Source: Octopus sinensis (lineage: Eukaryota). From it: a stretch of DNA of 64,000 nucleotides. The DNA lies in assembly GCF_006345805.1 (NCBI RefSeq), contig NC_043018.1:18414001-18478000 (forward strand), given 5' to 3'. A program made the translations under genes and the position numbers. Positions 26,485 to 39,659 of the stretch are shown here, one piece after another; positions within the stretch are counted from its first letter, which is position 1, and each line of letters starts with the position of its first letter. Below the pieces are notes generated by a model that did not search any database, was not told the DNA's origin, and saw nothing but the letters and a program-made list of their open reading frames with translations.

Positions 26485-26709
26485 TCCACCACTACCATTA
26501 TGAGAAACAGCAGCAGCAGAAACCTAAAAATGTCCGTTCGGTGATTCTACCTTTCCTACAGGACACAACATTGTCAGCAAACGACAATGGTATCTGTGGG
26601 AAAGAATATCTTGACAGACAATGGATATGGAATAAATCAATGCCTTTATAAGTAAAAGAATATTCTTGAAACATAGCAACAGCATTATCATCATGAATCG
26701 AGAACGGAT

Positions 26710-26748
<39 letters not shown>

Positions 26749-27150
26749 TGTGTGTGTCATCGTTAGAGATGACACAAAAGCAATTCAGTGGAGAGGCTGT
26801 AGAGATTGGCAAATCATTGCGGATAAGGAGACGTTTATAGTGAGCGACTGGAAAACCCTAAACTTTTGTAGCATTATAAATTGATATTCATGTCCATCAC
26901 TACATATACTTGATAGGAAATATTTGAAAAGAATTGTAATGTGAAAATGCTAGGAGGTGGTGGTGGTGATGGTGGTAGTGGTGGTGGTGGGCTTTCTGTA
27001 GAAGAATATAAAAGACTGACATATCTTCTAAAGAAAGGTGAGTGAAAAGTGCTCCAGAGAGTCATTTTTTTTTGTTTGATCAGGCTCAGAACTGTGCGTG
27101 CGTGTGTGTTGGTGTGTGTTGGTGTGTGTTGGGGTGTATACACATGCATA

Positions 27151-27526
27151 CATGAGGTGGGGCTGAAAAGTTTATAGGTTCACAATGAAGAAGTGATGCT
27201 AGGGCTGTGAAATCTTGCATGCATTAATTTCAACTCTTCTTATGAACAAACTGCATTGTTTCTTTCCAGCCAAACTGAAATCTGGTTGTTCAAAGAAGAC
27301 TTCAACACTAATTACTATCGATTCATCTTACAAACTGACAAAATTTAGCATCGTAGTGTTATCAAGTACCTGCAGATAAATGGCTTAGCCTCCGAGGACA
27401 TTCAAGCTGACATGGTTGCTACATTTCAGGATGACTACAAGGGGACTATATTAAAAACTGAACCTCATTTAATCACATCCCATGAGAGTATCTTGGTTAG
27501 CCTATGAACTTTACAGTCAATCATTG
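27151..27526 (+). mobile_element. Internally deleted mariner element
   Basis: TA-flanked imperfect TIRs (catgaggtggggctgaaaagtttataggtt / agcctatgaactttacagtcaatcattg) and a remnant transposase N-terminus HRSVIKYLQINGLASEDIQADMVATF. Confidence 0.75.
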
Positions 27527-28366
27527 TATATCAAAAATATCAAGAGATTTATATTCAAACAAGAAATATGTGAAATGTTTTAAGTAATTTGCTATCATCC
27601 TGTTACAAAGAGAAAACGTATATTTTAAGACCACACATTGTGTCACATGAGCTCAGTAACACAAGAGCTCACACATGGCTTTACCCTTATCTTGTTTTCT
27701 TTATATCATTACCAAATGATTTCTAGATTCCTAAAGGTTTCAGAATTTAACTTTAATTTCATGAGGTTTAGTAACTAACTACATACAACAAGGACAATCT
27801 TTCTTGATGGCTTGGTATCCATTCTGGATATTAACCAAACAAGCAGCAAATCAGAGAAAATGCAAAAGGCTTCGGCTTTTAAGTTTTAACGATTAGAAAG
27901 AACTAAGGGACAAACTTGATTCAAGTTGTGATGAAATTGGTTTCACATTTTGGCACAATGCCAGCAATTTTGGTGAGGGGACAAGTCGATTACATTGACC
28001 CCAGTACATAACTAGTACTTATTTTATCAACTCTGAAAGGATGAAAGGCCAAGCTAAACCCTGGTGGAATTTGAACTCAGAAGATGTGATAAAATTAAGA
28101 TCAGAACTGGTTGGATTTGAACCCCAAATTGACACAAGATCTTTTGTAGGAACTTATTCCTTGTTTTACTTGTTTCATTCATATCAAAGATATGACACCC
28201 TTTCACTCATATTGGCTCAGTCCACCTAGCTGTAAAGAGTGCTCATCTCCAACAGCAAGTAGGAGATAAGCTCAAACTATTTCAGTTGTAAAAAGAACCA
28301 ATCATCTATGTTAGATTGTAACTCATATTGTCTCAGTCCACCAGGTTGTAAATAGGACCCATCACC

Positions 28367-28759
28367 GTTTCAGTCATTTGACTGCGGCCATGCTGGAGCA
28401 CCGCCTTTAGTCGAGCAACTCGACCCCGGGGCTTATTCTTTTTGTAACCCCAGTACTTATTCTATCGGTCTCTTTTTGTCGAACCACTAAGTGACGGGGA
28501 CGTAACCACACCAGTATCGGTTGTCAAGCAATGCTAGGGGAACAAACACAGACACACAAACACACACACACATATATATATATATATACATATATACGAC
28601 AGGCTTCTTTCAGTTTCCGTCTACCAAATCCACTCACAAGGCATTGGTCGGCCCGGGGCTATAGCAGAAGACACTTGCCCAAGATGCCACGCAGTGGGAC
28701 TGAACCCGGAACCATGTGGTTGGTTAGCAAGCTACTTACCACACAGCCACTCCTGCGCC
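28367..28759 (-). mobile_element. SINE family A inserted in a minisatellite region
   Basis: Full head, tail clipped, flanked by 159-bp near-direct repeats. Confidence 0.88.
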
Positions 28760-28943
28760 ATATTCTATGGACTGAGACAATATTGGATCAGTCCAATTGG
28801 ATCAGTCCACCTAGCTGTAAAGAGTGCTCATCAGTCATATTGAATCAGTCCACCTAGCTGTAAAGAGTGCTCATCTCCAACATCATGTAGGAGATAAGCT
28901 CAAACGATTTCAGTTGTAAAAAGAACCAATCATCTATGTTAGA

Positions 28944-29520
28944 TAGTAACTCATATTGTCTCAGTCCACCAGGTTGTAAATAGGACCCATCACCTTCTAT
29001 GAATACTAACTCATATTGTCTCAGTCCACCAGGTTGTAAATAGGACCCATCACCTTCTAGAAATAGTAACTCATATTGTCTCAGTCCACCAGGTTGTAAA
29101 TAGGACCCATCACCTTCTAGAAATAGTAACTCATATTGTCTCAGTCCACCAGGTTGTAAATAGGACCCATCACCTTCTAGAAATAGTAACTCATATTGTC
29201 TCAGTCCACCAGGTTGTAAATAGGACCCATCACCTTCTAGAAATAGTAACTCATATTGTCTCAGTCCACCAGGTTGTAAATAGGACCATCACCTTCTAGA
29301 ATAGTAACTCATATTGTCTCAGTCCACCAGGTTGTAAATAGGACCCATCACCTTCTAGAAATAGTAACTCATATTGTCTCAGTCCACCAGGTTGTAAATA
29401 GGACCCATCACCTTCTAGAAATAGTAACTCATATTGTCTCAGTCCACCAGGTTGTAAATAGGACCCATCACCTTCTAGAAATAGTAACTCATATTGTCTC
29501 AGTCCATCTAGCTGTAAACA
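28944..29520. repeat. 60-bp minisatellite, about 9.5 near-identical units
   Basis: tagtaactcatattgtctcagtccaccaggttgtaaataggacccatcaccttctagaaa repeated without spacers; one unit is 58 bp. Confidence 0.95.
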
Positions 29521-30244
29521 GAACCAACCCTGCCTGCAGTAAGTAGTGGAAACATTATGCAAGTGACTAATATATTTTATTTTTATCAATTTTCTGAATT
29601 CCAGTCCTGTTATAAGTAAGTCTGTGCTAAAATAGAACCGATTCTGTAATATCTTTGTTACAATCACTTCTATTCCCATAATCCCTTTCAATACAAAAAA
29701 AAACAACAAAAAAAAAACAAAAAACAAATAAACAAAAACACCACTCAATCTAAATGACTGACGAAGTTTTAAGCACAATCAAATTTATCTCTTTTCATTA
29801 GTTACGATTATATTTTCTTTTTATCTTGGATTTCTTTATTTTTTTTTATTTTTATTTTTTTGCTTCTTAATTCTTCCATTGCTTTAGCGATTCAAAGAAT
29901 ATTGCCATCCAAGATCAAATTAATAGATTTTTCAGCATCAAATGAGTGCAATTCTTATTCTTTATTTGGTTAGTTAAATAACATCTTAATCTTTAACAAA
30001 CATACATTTTAATTAACACAATTGTTACATTATTGGGAAGTAAAGAGATAAGCCAAGTCTATAAAAGCAAATATCGGTTGCCAGACAGATCAATAATAAT
30101 AGCTACATGAGAGATACAGCTACAAAGTCAGCAAAAAAAAAAAAAAAGGACCCAATACAAAAGCTATGGTCATTGATTTCTAGCTGATGTGATTGCTTAT
30201 GACTTCTAGTTTAAATGCAGGCAGAATCTTGTCAAACACTGGTT

Positions 30245-30362
30245 CATCATCATCATCATCATAATCATCATCGTTATCATCACTATCATCATCATCATCA
30301 TCATCATCATCACCACTACCACCATCATCATCATCATCATCACCACCACCACCACCACCACC

Positions 30363-30408
<46 letters not shown>

Positions 30409-30466
30409 CCACCACCACCACCATATCACCATCATCATCAACATCACCACCACCACCACCACCACC

Positions 30467-30500
<34 letters not shown>

Positions 30501-30808
30501 TCACCACCACCACCACCACCACCACCATCACCATCATCAACATCACCACCACCACCATCATCATCACCACCACCACCACCACCACCACCACCATCACCAT
30601 CACCACTACCACCACCACCACCACCACCACACCACCACCACCACCACCACCACCACCACCACCACCACCACCACATCATCATCATCACCACCACCACCAC
30701 CACCACCACCACCACAACCATCACCACCACCACCACCACCACCACCACCACCACCATCACCACCACCACCACCACCACCACCACCATCACCCACCACCAC
30801 CACCACCA

Positions 30809-30845
<37 letters not shown>
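30245..30845. repeat. (CAC)n/(CAT)n compound trinucleotide tract
   Basis: About 600 bp of CAT/CAC triplets adjoining an RTE tail. Confidence 0.95.
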
Positions 30846-30846
<1 letters not shown>

Positions 30847-31216
30847 TAACATCCGTTTTCCATGCTGGCATGGGTTGGACGGTTTGACAGGAGTTGTCCA
30901 TCTGAAGAGTTGTACCAGGCTCCAATTGTCTGTTTTGGCATGGTTTGGCATGGCTGGATGCCCTTCCTAACCATTTTACAGAATGTATTGGGTGCACTTA
31001 TGCAGCAGTACCACCACAAGTGCATTTACAAGGCACCAGCACCCACAAGCCCACAACATTAGGAATGCTCATCTGGAGAGGGATGTAGGGGACATGCCTG
31101 TAAGTAAGGACAACTACGATTTTAGTTAGCTTGATGTGTCCTCTCAAGCACAGCAAACTGCCAGGAGCCTTGGTCCCTAGCCATCCCATCTGGGAGGTCC
31201 AACTTCTTAAGATCTT

Positions 31217-31219
<3 letters not shown>

Positions 31220-31251
<32 letters not shown>

Positions 31252-31740
31252 TGTTTAACGTCCGTTTTCCATGCTAGCATGGGATGGATGGTTTGACCGG
31301 GGTGTGGGAAGCCAGAAGGCTGCACCAGGCTCCAGTCTGATCTGGCAGTGTTCCTACAGCTGGATGCCCTTCCTAACACCAACCACTCCGTGAGTGTAGT
31401 GGCTGCTTTTTACGTGCCACCAGCACAGGTGCCAGGCAAGGCTGGCAATGGCCACGATCAGTTGGTGCTTTTTACGTGCCACCGGCAAGGAAGCCAGTCA
31501 AGGCAGCGCTGGCAACGGCCACGTTCAGATGGTGTTTTTTACGTGCCACTGGCACAGGGATCACAGCTACAATTTCCATTGATTTTTTATGTTGATGTAC
31601 TTGACTCAATAGGTCTCCTCAAGTACAGGGTTGAAATGGTGTTTCTTCACTTGCCACCAGCACAGGAGTCAGTCCAGTGGTACTGGCAACTGCCGGGTGC
31701 CAGTCATAGGATTAGTTCAATTTCGATTCCGATTTCTTTT
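31220..31740 (-). mobile_element. RTE 3' UTR fragment (similar ones at 30845-30960, 37850-38230, 40970-41115 and, on +, 49480-49925)
   Basis: (cat)n tail, tttaacgtccgttttccatgctagcatgg and about 3-4 UTR repeat units. Confidence 0.85.
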
Positions 31741-32775
31741 ATATGATACATATATATTCATTCTTGAGTCTTGTAATAGTTGACACACTCTAAGCCCATA
31801 AATATGCCTTAGCAGGTATGATTTCAGTTTTGCGCAAAAATGGGTAGCCATAGAGTTTTATGTGTATGGCTGAAAATAACGATGATTAATGAAGCAGAAA
31901 CACAAAACCATATTGTGGTCTCTTTTGCGTCTTCCAGGGGTTGTAACAAAACAAAACCACACCCACTAAAGCATACTTAGAAGTTCAAAGGGTTAAAGCA
32001 ATGTTAACCCTTTTGTTACTAACCCAGCCAAAACCGGCTCTGGCTCTGATTAAGTTAACACCTGGAGTTTTATCTCTGTGCACACCGAGTCAAGAGTAAG
32101 TTAAGTTGGAGGTTCATCCATCTTCAAGCAATTAAGTACAGCTGGAAAACACAGCTTTGAATTGATTAGGCTCAACAGCAGTTTTTATGTAGTTATACAA
32201 ACTCTGAGTACCAGGAAAAAAAGAAATCATTCAATCAACCATACATCCCACAAATTCCACCCTGTTGTCTTAAATGTAAAGGAACAAAGTGGAGAATGTA
32301 GTCACAAATACACTATGCCAAAAAACAATATGAGAAAGTCATGGCTGGAACACCTTTGATCATATATCTGCTCAGTTAGGATTATCCTAGGGTTAAAGAT
32401 CAAAAACCAACCTCGTTCTTAAAGTTGTAACCAAATCTCTAAATAAATGAGTTTACAGTTTCTGTTAAATCTTTATTTGAAGTTGGGCAGATGAATGGGT
32501 GGGTGGGGCACGATGTTTGAGTCCTGAATTTTGAGGCTTGATGGTCATGGAAAATATTTTTTTTTATCTTTTGTTTTCAATCAACCACTTCAATATTGCA
32601 AGTTTCCTCAAGCAGAGCAAAATACAGTTCTACAACTACTACTACTACTGCCACAACAACAACAACAATGGCAAGAACAAGAACAAGAAGAACAACAACA
32701 TCATGAACAACAGGCTGAAGCTAATGAAGAGATTAACTGATTGCTTGCTCAATCAGCTGCAGTATCAAGAATCGC

Positions 32776-32843
<68 letters not shown>

Positions 32844-33467
32844 CTACACAGATATGTATGTATGTACATCATGTGAGTGGGTGTGTCTGTAGGTGGTTGT
32901 CACATGACCCTGTCTAACCCAGTAATCTAGAGAGGAAATATGGGTTATGACATCAGGTCAGCAGACTTCATACTTGATACCAATATCAACATCAAACTGA
33001 AACTCCGAGTCAACAGGAGATAAAATCAACAAAGTTATCTCGCCGACGCAGATCAAATGAACACTTTGCCAATGAAACGAAATTCGTTTTTCTATCTTTT
33101 TGCTTGGTTTAATTCGATTTCGATGGCGCTACCATATTTAGAATTATGGAAGCATGAGCATGTGAATCGACGTCTGAGAAATCAGGCATTAGATTAACAG
33201 AAGGAACAGATTGAATCTATGGCTGGAAATAAATGGTGTAGTAATGGGTTTCAATGCCGTGTGCCCTTCTGGTACGAAATTTGAAGATAACTCAAGCTAA
33301 CAAAGTCCTCAGTCATGCTACAAAATGATGGAAACTTTTCCTCAGTTGCTCATGCAGTCTAATTGGTTTTTCCAGCTCAAATGGTACACACACACACTGA
33401 TTTCATAATACATATATACACATGTATATACATATATACAAGCATAAATACATACATATACATACAT

Positions 33468-33524
<57 letters not shown>

Positions 33525-33599
33525 TCTGTGAGACAATTATTCTACGAATATTGCTACAGTATATACATGTTTGTGTGTATGTGTGTGTGTCTATCTATC

Positions 33600-33656
<57 letters not shown>

Positions 33657-33916
33657 TGAGACAATTATTCTATGAATATTGCTACAGTATATACATATTT
33701 GTGTGTATGTGTGTGTCTATCTATCTATCTATATATATATGTATATATGTGCACATTTATGTACGTATATATCATAGCAATATTCATAGAACAATTATGC
33801 CTCAGATAGAATTTTACATTGAAATGTTGGGCTTATATGCGTTACCAATTCAATAAATGCTTCTATGCATTCTTCTGCGGGGGTCTATATTCTTTTGAAT
33901 AATTATGTTTATATGT

Positions 33917-33957
<41 letters not shown>

Positions 33958-35473
33958 CAGATGATGTACTATAAATTAGATATGTATCCAAGAAATATAT
34001 TTATGAAGTGTTCGTGCATGAATGGATACGGAAAAGAGAAATGCCATACATGAATTAGCCCTCTCCACACACACACACACACACACACACACAAGTAGAA
34101 CTAAAAGGGCCACAATAGAATTACTAAATATGCAAATATATTACATTCCTCACAGAGTTCCAAGATAAAGTTAGTTTGGTAAATCCGATTCCAGTTTCTG
34201 CCATTCACAATGACAAGAAACCAGAAACACCAGGAGGAGATAAAGGGAAACGGTTAAACAAAGAATGGAACCCCTGTTGCAATCATGGATTTTGGGTGTA
34301 TCTAGTTCCAGTCTACAAGTAATTGCAGGTGTGAGTGTATGGTGTGTATGTATATGTGGGAATGTGGGTGTGAGCATGTAGTTGTGTATGTGTTTGCATG
34401 TGTGTGCTGGTGCCTATACACATGTATGTATGAGTGTGTGTATGTGAATATATGTGTGCATGTATGTGTGATTGTGTTTGTATGAGTGTGTGTGCATGCA
34501 TCTATATGTGTGTACATCTATGATAATAAAAGCAAATTCTGTCTGTCTGTCCGGGACCCCTGTATCTCAGTCTATATTTGGTCTACATAGACGTATTACA
34601 CCATTGTGGAATCAGGATGATTCTGGGATTTAAAATCTACCCAGCATTTGGTTCTTGAACGTCCAGCATCAGGATCTGATTTTAAAGCATTTAGGTTGCT
34701 ATTTCTAGCAGGTAAGAGATCAAGGGGGAGATAAATGCCATTCCCTTCATTAATTTTACGTCAAGATGAGAACTTTGGGACAAATTGGCCAACAGTTGGA
34801 GTTCAACTTAGGACTGGAATAACAGAATGATTGCATTACAGAATTAATTCTCATCCGTCCTTAACAACTGATCAAACACCACCAGAGCATATAGATTCAA
34901 CATACATTTTCATTTCATGCTATCCCATCAGTAAATTGGTATAAATTGGGAGCACTTTAGTTCCCATCATGGTTCCATATATTTGTTCGTAGGCTGATTG
35001 ATCAAATATGAAATAAGTGTTTTGTAATATGAATGTGTCCATCAATGATAAATTTTTATTTCTATGTTCTGGTAATTCAAATTGATAACATATCAATATT
35101 TAATGTGATTCCTTTGGCATCAGTGGTTTTGGTGCATAACATTACAACATCAATGGGAAAAAAAAAAATAGTATTTTGGTTAAAACTTTTCAGTAAGCGA
35201 TTAAGCATTTCTGGATCATAGCAAATAAAACTCTGTATCTGATTTAAGTAAGACTAATCCAAATCATCTGCAGATGACATTTTGGCATAGTTGCTTTCAG
35301 AGATTTTATAACTTATTTTTTGTGTATTTTAGATAGGCCATAGAATTATTACTTTTTGTTGTTATTTTTGTATCTGAAGTTGCTGATGTAATCAAAATAT
35401 TCAGTGGTCAAACATGTATGGGTCATACATTATTTACATTTGATGAATATTTGTCCTCATCTTGTTTGTTGTT

Positions 35474-35521
35474 AACACAACATTTCGGCTGATATACACT
35501 CCAGCCTTCATCAGGTGTCTT
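35474..35521 (-). ncRNA. Minimal type I hammerhead ribozyme (core intact)
   Basis: GACAC-CTGATGA-A-GGCTG(gagtgtatat)CAGCC-GAAAT-GTT^GTGTT. Confidence 0.75.
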
Positions 35522-35658
35522 GGAGGAAATTTCGAACCTGGGTTCTCATTCCTAAGGTATTTTTCGATATTATTATTATTATTATTATTCAGGTCACTGA
35601 TAATAACAACATTGAAAAATACCTTGGGAATGAGAACCCAGGTTCGAAATTTCCCCAA

Positions 35659-35704
35659 GACACCTGATGAAGGCTGGAGGGTATATCAGCTGAAACATTG
35701 TGTT
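35659..35704 (+). ncRNA. Minimal type I hammerhead ribozyme (CpG-decayed)
   Basis: GACAC-CTGATGA-A-GGCTG(gagggtatat)CAGCT-GAAAC-ATT^GTGTT. Confidence 0.7.
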
Positions 35705-38700
35705 AACAACAAACGAGATGAAGACAAATATCCAACAAATATAAATAATGTAAATAAGTACATAATTCCTCATCTCTTAAATATAGAACTGTATGTATGG
35801 GTCATGTTCAGTGAAATCAGTAGATTTACCATTTTTTTAAAGATATTTTCATTGTTATTTATTTTTACATAGTAAGTATTATTTTCTAACATTTTAAGTA
35901 CAACTTGTTCATAATAATTTGTAACCATGACAACAGAACAACTTTCACCAGTTTCTTCAACTGCTGCTTTGATATCTTATTGTAGATAATTTAAATATTT
36001 CCTGTTCTATATTCTTATTTTCAATCATTTCAATGGAGAATTCATGAGATGTTTACAGGAAGAGTCAAGTGCTTCATTCCTTGCTTTCTTTGGACAAAAA
36101 TCACATTTATTTCTTATCAGAGACCTACCATCATTGTTATCCACTTTTGCAAAAAATTGTTCAGTGAGATTTAATTTCCAGAAGAATCCTGGGAGACAAA
36201 TTTTCATTTGGAAAAGTCAGACTTTTGAAGAGTGGATATTTCAGTCCCTTGTTCCGTTTGGGCTAATTTGAATATCAATTAATCTTTTGTCCTCATTGGG
36301 AAGTTACTAATCTTCAGTTTCTCTTGATTGGTAAGCATATTATGCCTTGCTATCTCTGAGTTTCATCTAAAAGAAAGATTTACCATTTTGCTCATCTGTG
36401 GCATTAATTGTTCTTCTATTCTGAGTTTCTTTATCAAATCTATCAGACATTTTATTGTAAAACTACTGTGTTCCAAGAATTTCTTGGTAAGATTGTTCTA
36501 ATATATCTTCACTTTTGAATTTCACATTTCTTAGACATAGATTTTCTGAATCTTGAGGGGTTTCTTAAACACAATTGTTTCTGTATTTTTCAGGAAATTT
36601 AATTTGTTGAAAAAAAATAATTGTCCACAATTTTTGAATGTCTTCGCTATTCTGTTATTGTTTCTGTTTATTTTTAAAGAATTAAACAATGGTTTGTGTC
36701 TTCGGTATTTTTAATTCATATCTGATTGTTGCAATGCTTTGGCATATGGATTTTCTTTGTTAATTTCCATTACGAATGTGTTGTTCAAGTTATATTCTCT
36801 CTTAAATTTCTCTTCGTGACAGAAACCAGTTTTCACTCCTCTCTCATCATCAAAGTGACATAAGTTCTGTTTCCATGGTCACCTTTCCAGAGTTTCAATA
36901 TGGCATTTTTTTGTTGTTCTTACTCATCAATATCTGGCAGGAGTCAGAGAAGTCATCACAGTCTGAATCGGATTTTATTGCTTCATATCAGCTGGCATCT
37001 GATCGACTCCCTTTCACGGCTTGCCAGGAATTACCCCTTGTTAGGCCACTCCCTCATTGACATCCCCTCTGTCAACATCACAATTAGCAACCATTTGGCC
37101 CCTCCCTCACCACTGAGCATCATTGCACCATTCTTTTAGCTTACCAGTTTCTCCATCCCTTTCTTCCAGTTCACACGTTATTGACAACCATCACACTTCT
37201 CACCTTTCGTCATTTTCTCAACTCTCCATCACTCCTTCGTATCTCTTTCTCTCTTCGTCCTTCTTATTACCCTCTCTGTTCTCTTCCATTCTATTGCACC
37301 TCTTCCCATCTTTAGTCTCTTGTGGTGTTGGCAGTTGGTGTTATGGGAGCTTGTGGTGTCGGTGGAGAGGACGACAGATGAGGTGGGCGGAAGTAGGGCT
37401 TGCAGGGGCCGGTGGAAGACTGGAGGGTGCATGTGTGGGGGGAAGAGGAAGCAGTCAAGCTGGACACACGTGTGGTGATTGAGGAAGTGGGCAGTTCGAG
37501 CATAGACGAGGAAGCAGGCAGTTCGAGCATAGACGAGGAAGCGACAGGACGTGTTGAATTCGTAAGAGACCTCTGATCTTCACCGAGGTAAGACCTGTTT
37601 GTATTTCTTTCTCCTTCTGTTGTCCTCTTCATCCATTACACTACAAGTCTACCCAACCTTTCAATGCTTGCATCTTTTCTCCTTCTTATCTCACATCACA
37701 TTCTGCAAATATCGCATTGGTTTCTTTTTTACTCTTTTTATTAATCACAAATTGCCAAACACAAATGATGACAACATCGAGGGGTGAAGATGCTTTTGTC
37801 GTGCAGGATACAAGGCAATGGCAACATAATAAAATGCAACCACTGCCCGGTGTAAAGGGGTCTGGGAAGCCAGGAGGCTGCACCAGGCTCTAGTCTGATC
37901 TGGCAGTGTTTCTACAGCTGGATGCCCTTCCTAACACCAACCACTCCGTGAGTATAGTGAGTGCTTTTTAAGTGCCACTGGCACAGGGGCCAGACGAGGC
38001 TGGCAAACGGCCACGATCGGTTGGTGCTTTTACGTGTCACCGACATGGACGCCAGTCAGATGGCGCTGGCAATCGGCCACATTTGGATGGTGCTTTTAAC
38101 GTGTCACCAGCACGGGTATCTTAACTACAATTTCCATTTGATTTTCATTTTCATGTTGGTGTTAACGTACTTGACTCAATAGGTCTCCTCAAGAACAGCG
38201 GGTCACTCTACGATCCAAGGTTAGCACATAAGTCTTCAATGATATTTACTAGAATTCTCAGTGGAAGAGTGCACAACTTATGCCAGAAATTTAGTAACGT
38301 CTTCAAATTCCTGAATGAGCCTCATTTCTATTACATCAAAACACAAAATAGGAACACAAAGTTGTTTGGTAAGTTACTGTCAGTTCTCTATTCTCTTAAC
38401 CTTTTTCCGATTTCTCATTTGTGTTGACATGATTATGAAGGCCATGAGTAATCCACAGAATGCAATGAAATAGAAAGAAGGCAAACTGGGATTCTTGCAT
38501 TCTGCTAATGGGAAAGCATTGTTTAAGTAATGGATAGTGGTTGTATGAGAAATAATACCTCCTTGAAAGGCAAATTTGAACGATGTTGGTCTTTGTATAA
38601 ACTATGAAAGAAACCAAAATTAATTCAGTCCTCGAATTTACCCCACACACTCTTAACAAAATTGGAAAATAAGAATTTAGAGGACATCACAAAACTTTTG

Positions 38701-39139
38701 TCTTAGAATATTTCTGATAATGGTGATGCAGAAGTTGGTGTGTTGGTGTGTGGATGACACTGGGGGAGGCTGTAGCAGTTATCCAGCAACTTCATCCTGT
38801 TTGGTTCAAAACGTTTGTCTTCGAGGTGAGATTATATTTCCACATGACCATTATGGAACAAATAGCTGATTGTGTTAGGGAGACAAAGAGAAGTCCAACA
38901 GGCTTTTGAAACAAACTCAATGTCTTTCATAGACGCTGCTGAAGAATAATACAGAGAATTTCCTGGAGAGTGAAGGTCACAAAGAAGTTATGGAAAGTCT
39001 GTGAAGGGAAGATGTTGTGAAGAGGAGGAAGCTATTTGTTGGATGTGTCTTTCTTAATTCTTTCAATTATTGAATTGCAGAGATTATCAGAAACTCAGTT
39101 CCACTTCATGGTGTCTTGAGCAAATGTCTTCTTCTATAG

Positions 39140-39332
39140 CAGTGGTTTTCAACAAGGGTTCCGCGGAACCTTAGAGTTCTGCCAGAACAGTCTGGGGGTT
39201 CTGCAAGACGTTACAAAACTGCTAAAATCGGCAGTAATTTTTAATTCTCCTGTGCAGATATGTGTGCATAAAACTATTAAAGTGGAATGTTTCCTTGGGG
39301 TTCCGCTCCAGCAAAAAGTTTGAAAAGCACTG
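39140..39332. mobile_element. hAT (Charlie-like) MITE inserted in a SINE-A copy
   Basis: TIRs CAGTGGTTTTCAAC / TTTGAAAAGCACTG and a perfect 8-bp TSD ttctatag (39132-39139 and 39333-39340). Confidence 0.88.
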
Positions 39333-39659
39333 TTCTATAGCCTCAGGCTGACGAAGAATTTGTGAATGAAATTGGTAGATGGAAACTAAAAGAAGCCTGT
39401 TATGTGTGTTTGTGTGTGTTTTGTGTTTGTGTTTATCTCCCACCACTGCTTGACAACCGATCTTAGTGTATTTATGTCCCCTTAAGTTAAAGATCAATAC
39501 AATATGTATCAGGCTTAAAAAAAAAAGTACTGGAGTTGATTCGTTTAAGAAAAAGTTCTTCAAGGTGGCGCCCCCTGCATGACAGCAATTTGATGATTGA
39601 AATAAATAAAAGATAAAAAAAAATATGCATTTTGTTAATCTATGATGTCAGATTTAGCA

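Larger units (their letters stand above)
35427..35792. mobile_element. Fold-back, hammerhead-bearing non-autonomous retroelement (copy 1)
   Basis: Inverted arms of about 140 bp, a 13-bp TSD atgtatgggtcat (35414-35426 and 35793-35805), and a hammerhead in each arm. Confidence 0.85.
34890..36920 (-). pseudogene. Decayed Penelope-like element (N-terminal region and RT), interrupted at 35427-35792
   Basis: Minus-strand remnants SLIRNKCDFCPKKARNEALDS, VVMVTNYYEQVVLKMLENNTYY, FYGLSKIHK, FPIDVVMLCT and TYFIFDQSAYEQIYGTMMGTKVLPIYTNLLMG are PLE RT motifs with many stops and frameshifts. Confidence 0.85.

Noticed and set aside
28944-29520. CRISPR-like or repeat-protein interpretation of the 60-bp array
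   Set aside because: There are no variable spacers or cas genes and the context is eukaryotic; the 20-aa repeat ORF simply follows from the 60-bp period.
30206-30970. Poly-His/Thr/Pro and poly-Gly/Val ORFs (also 62275-62806)
   Set aside because: Trinucleotide tracts open in several frames on both strands, with no splice or homology support.
37312-37632. ORF containing ASSSMLEL, resembling a human INPP5F C-terminal patch
   Set aside because: It lies in repeat-like sequence with a short tandem duplication, lacks plausible splice sites, and the intervening hSac2 domain exons are absent; judged coincidental.
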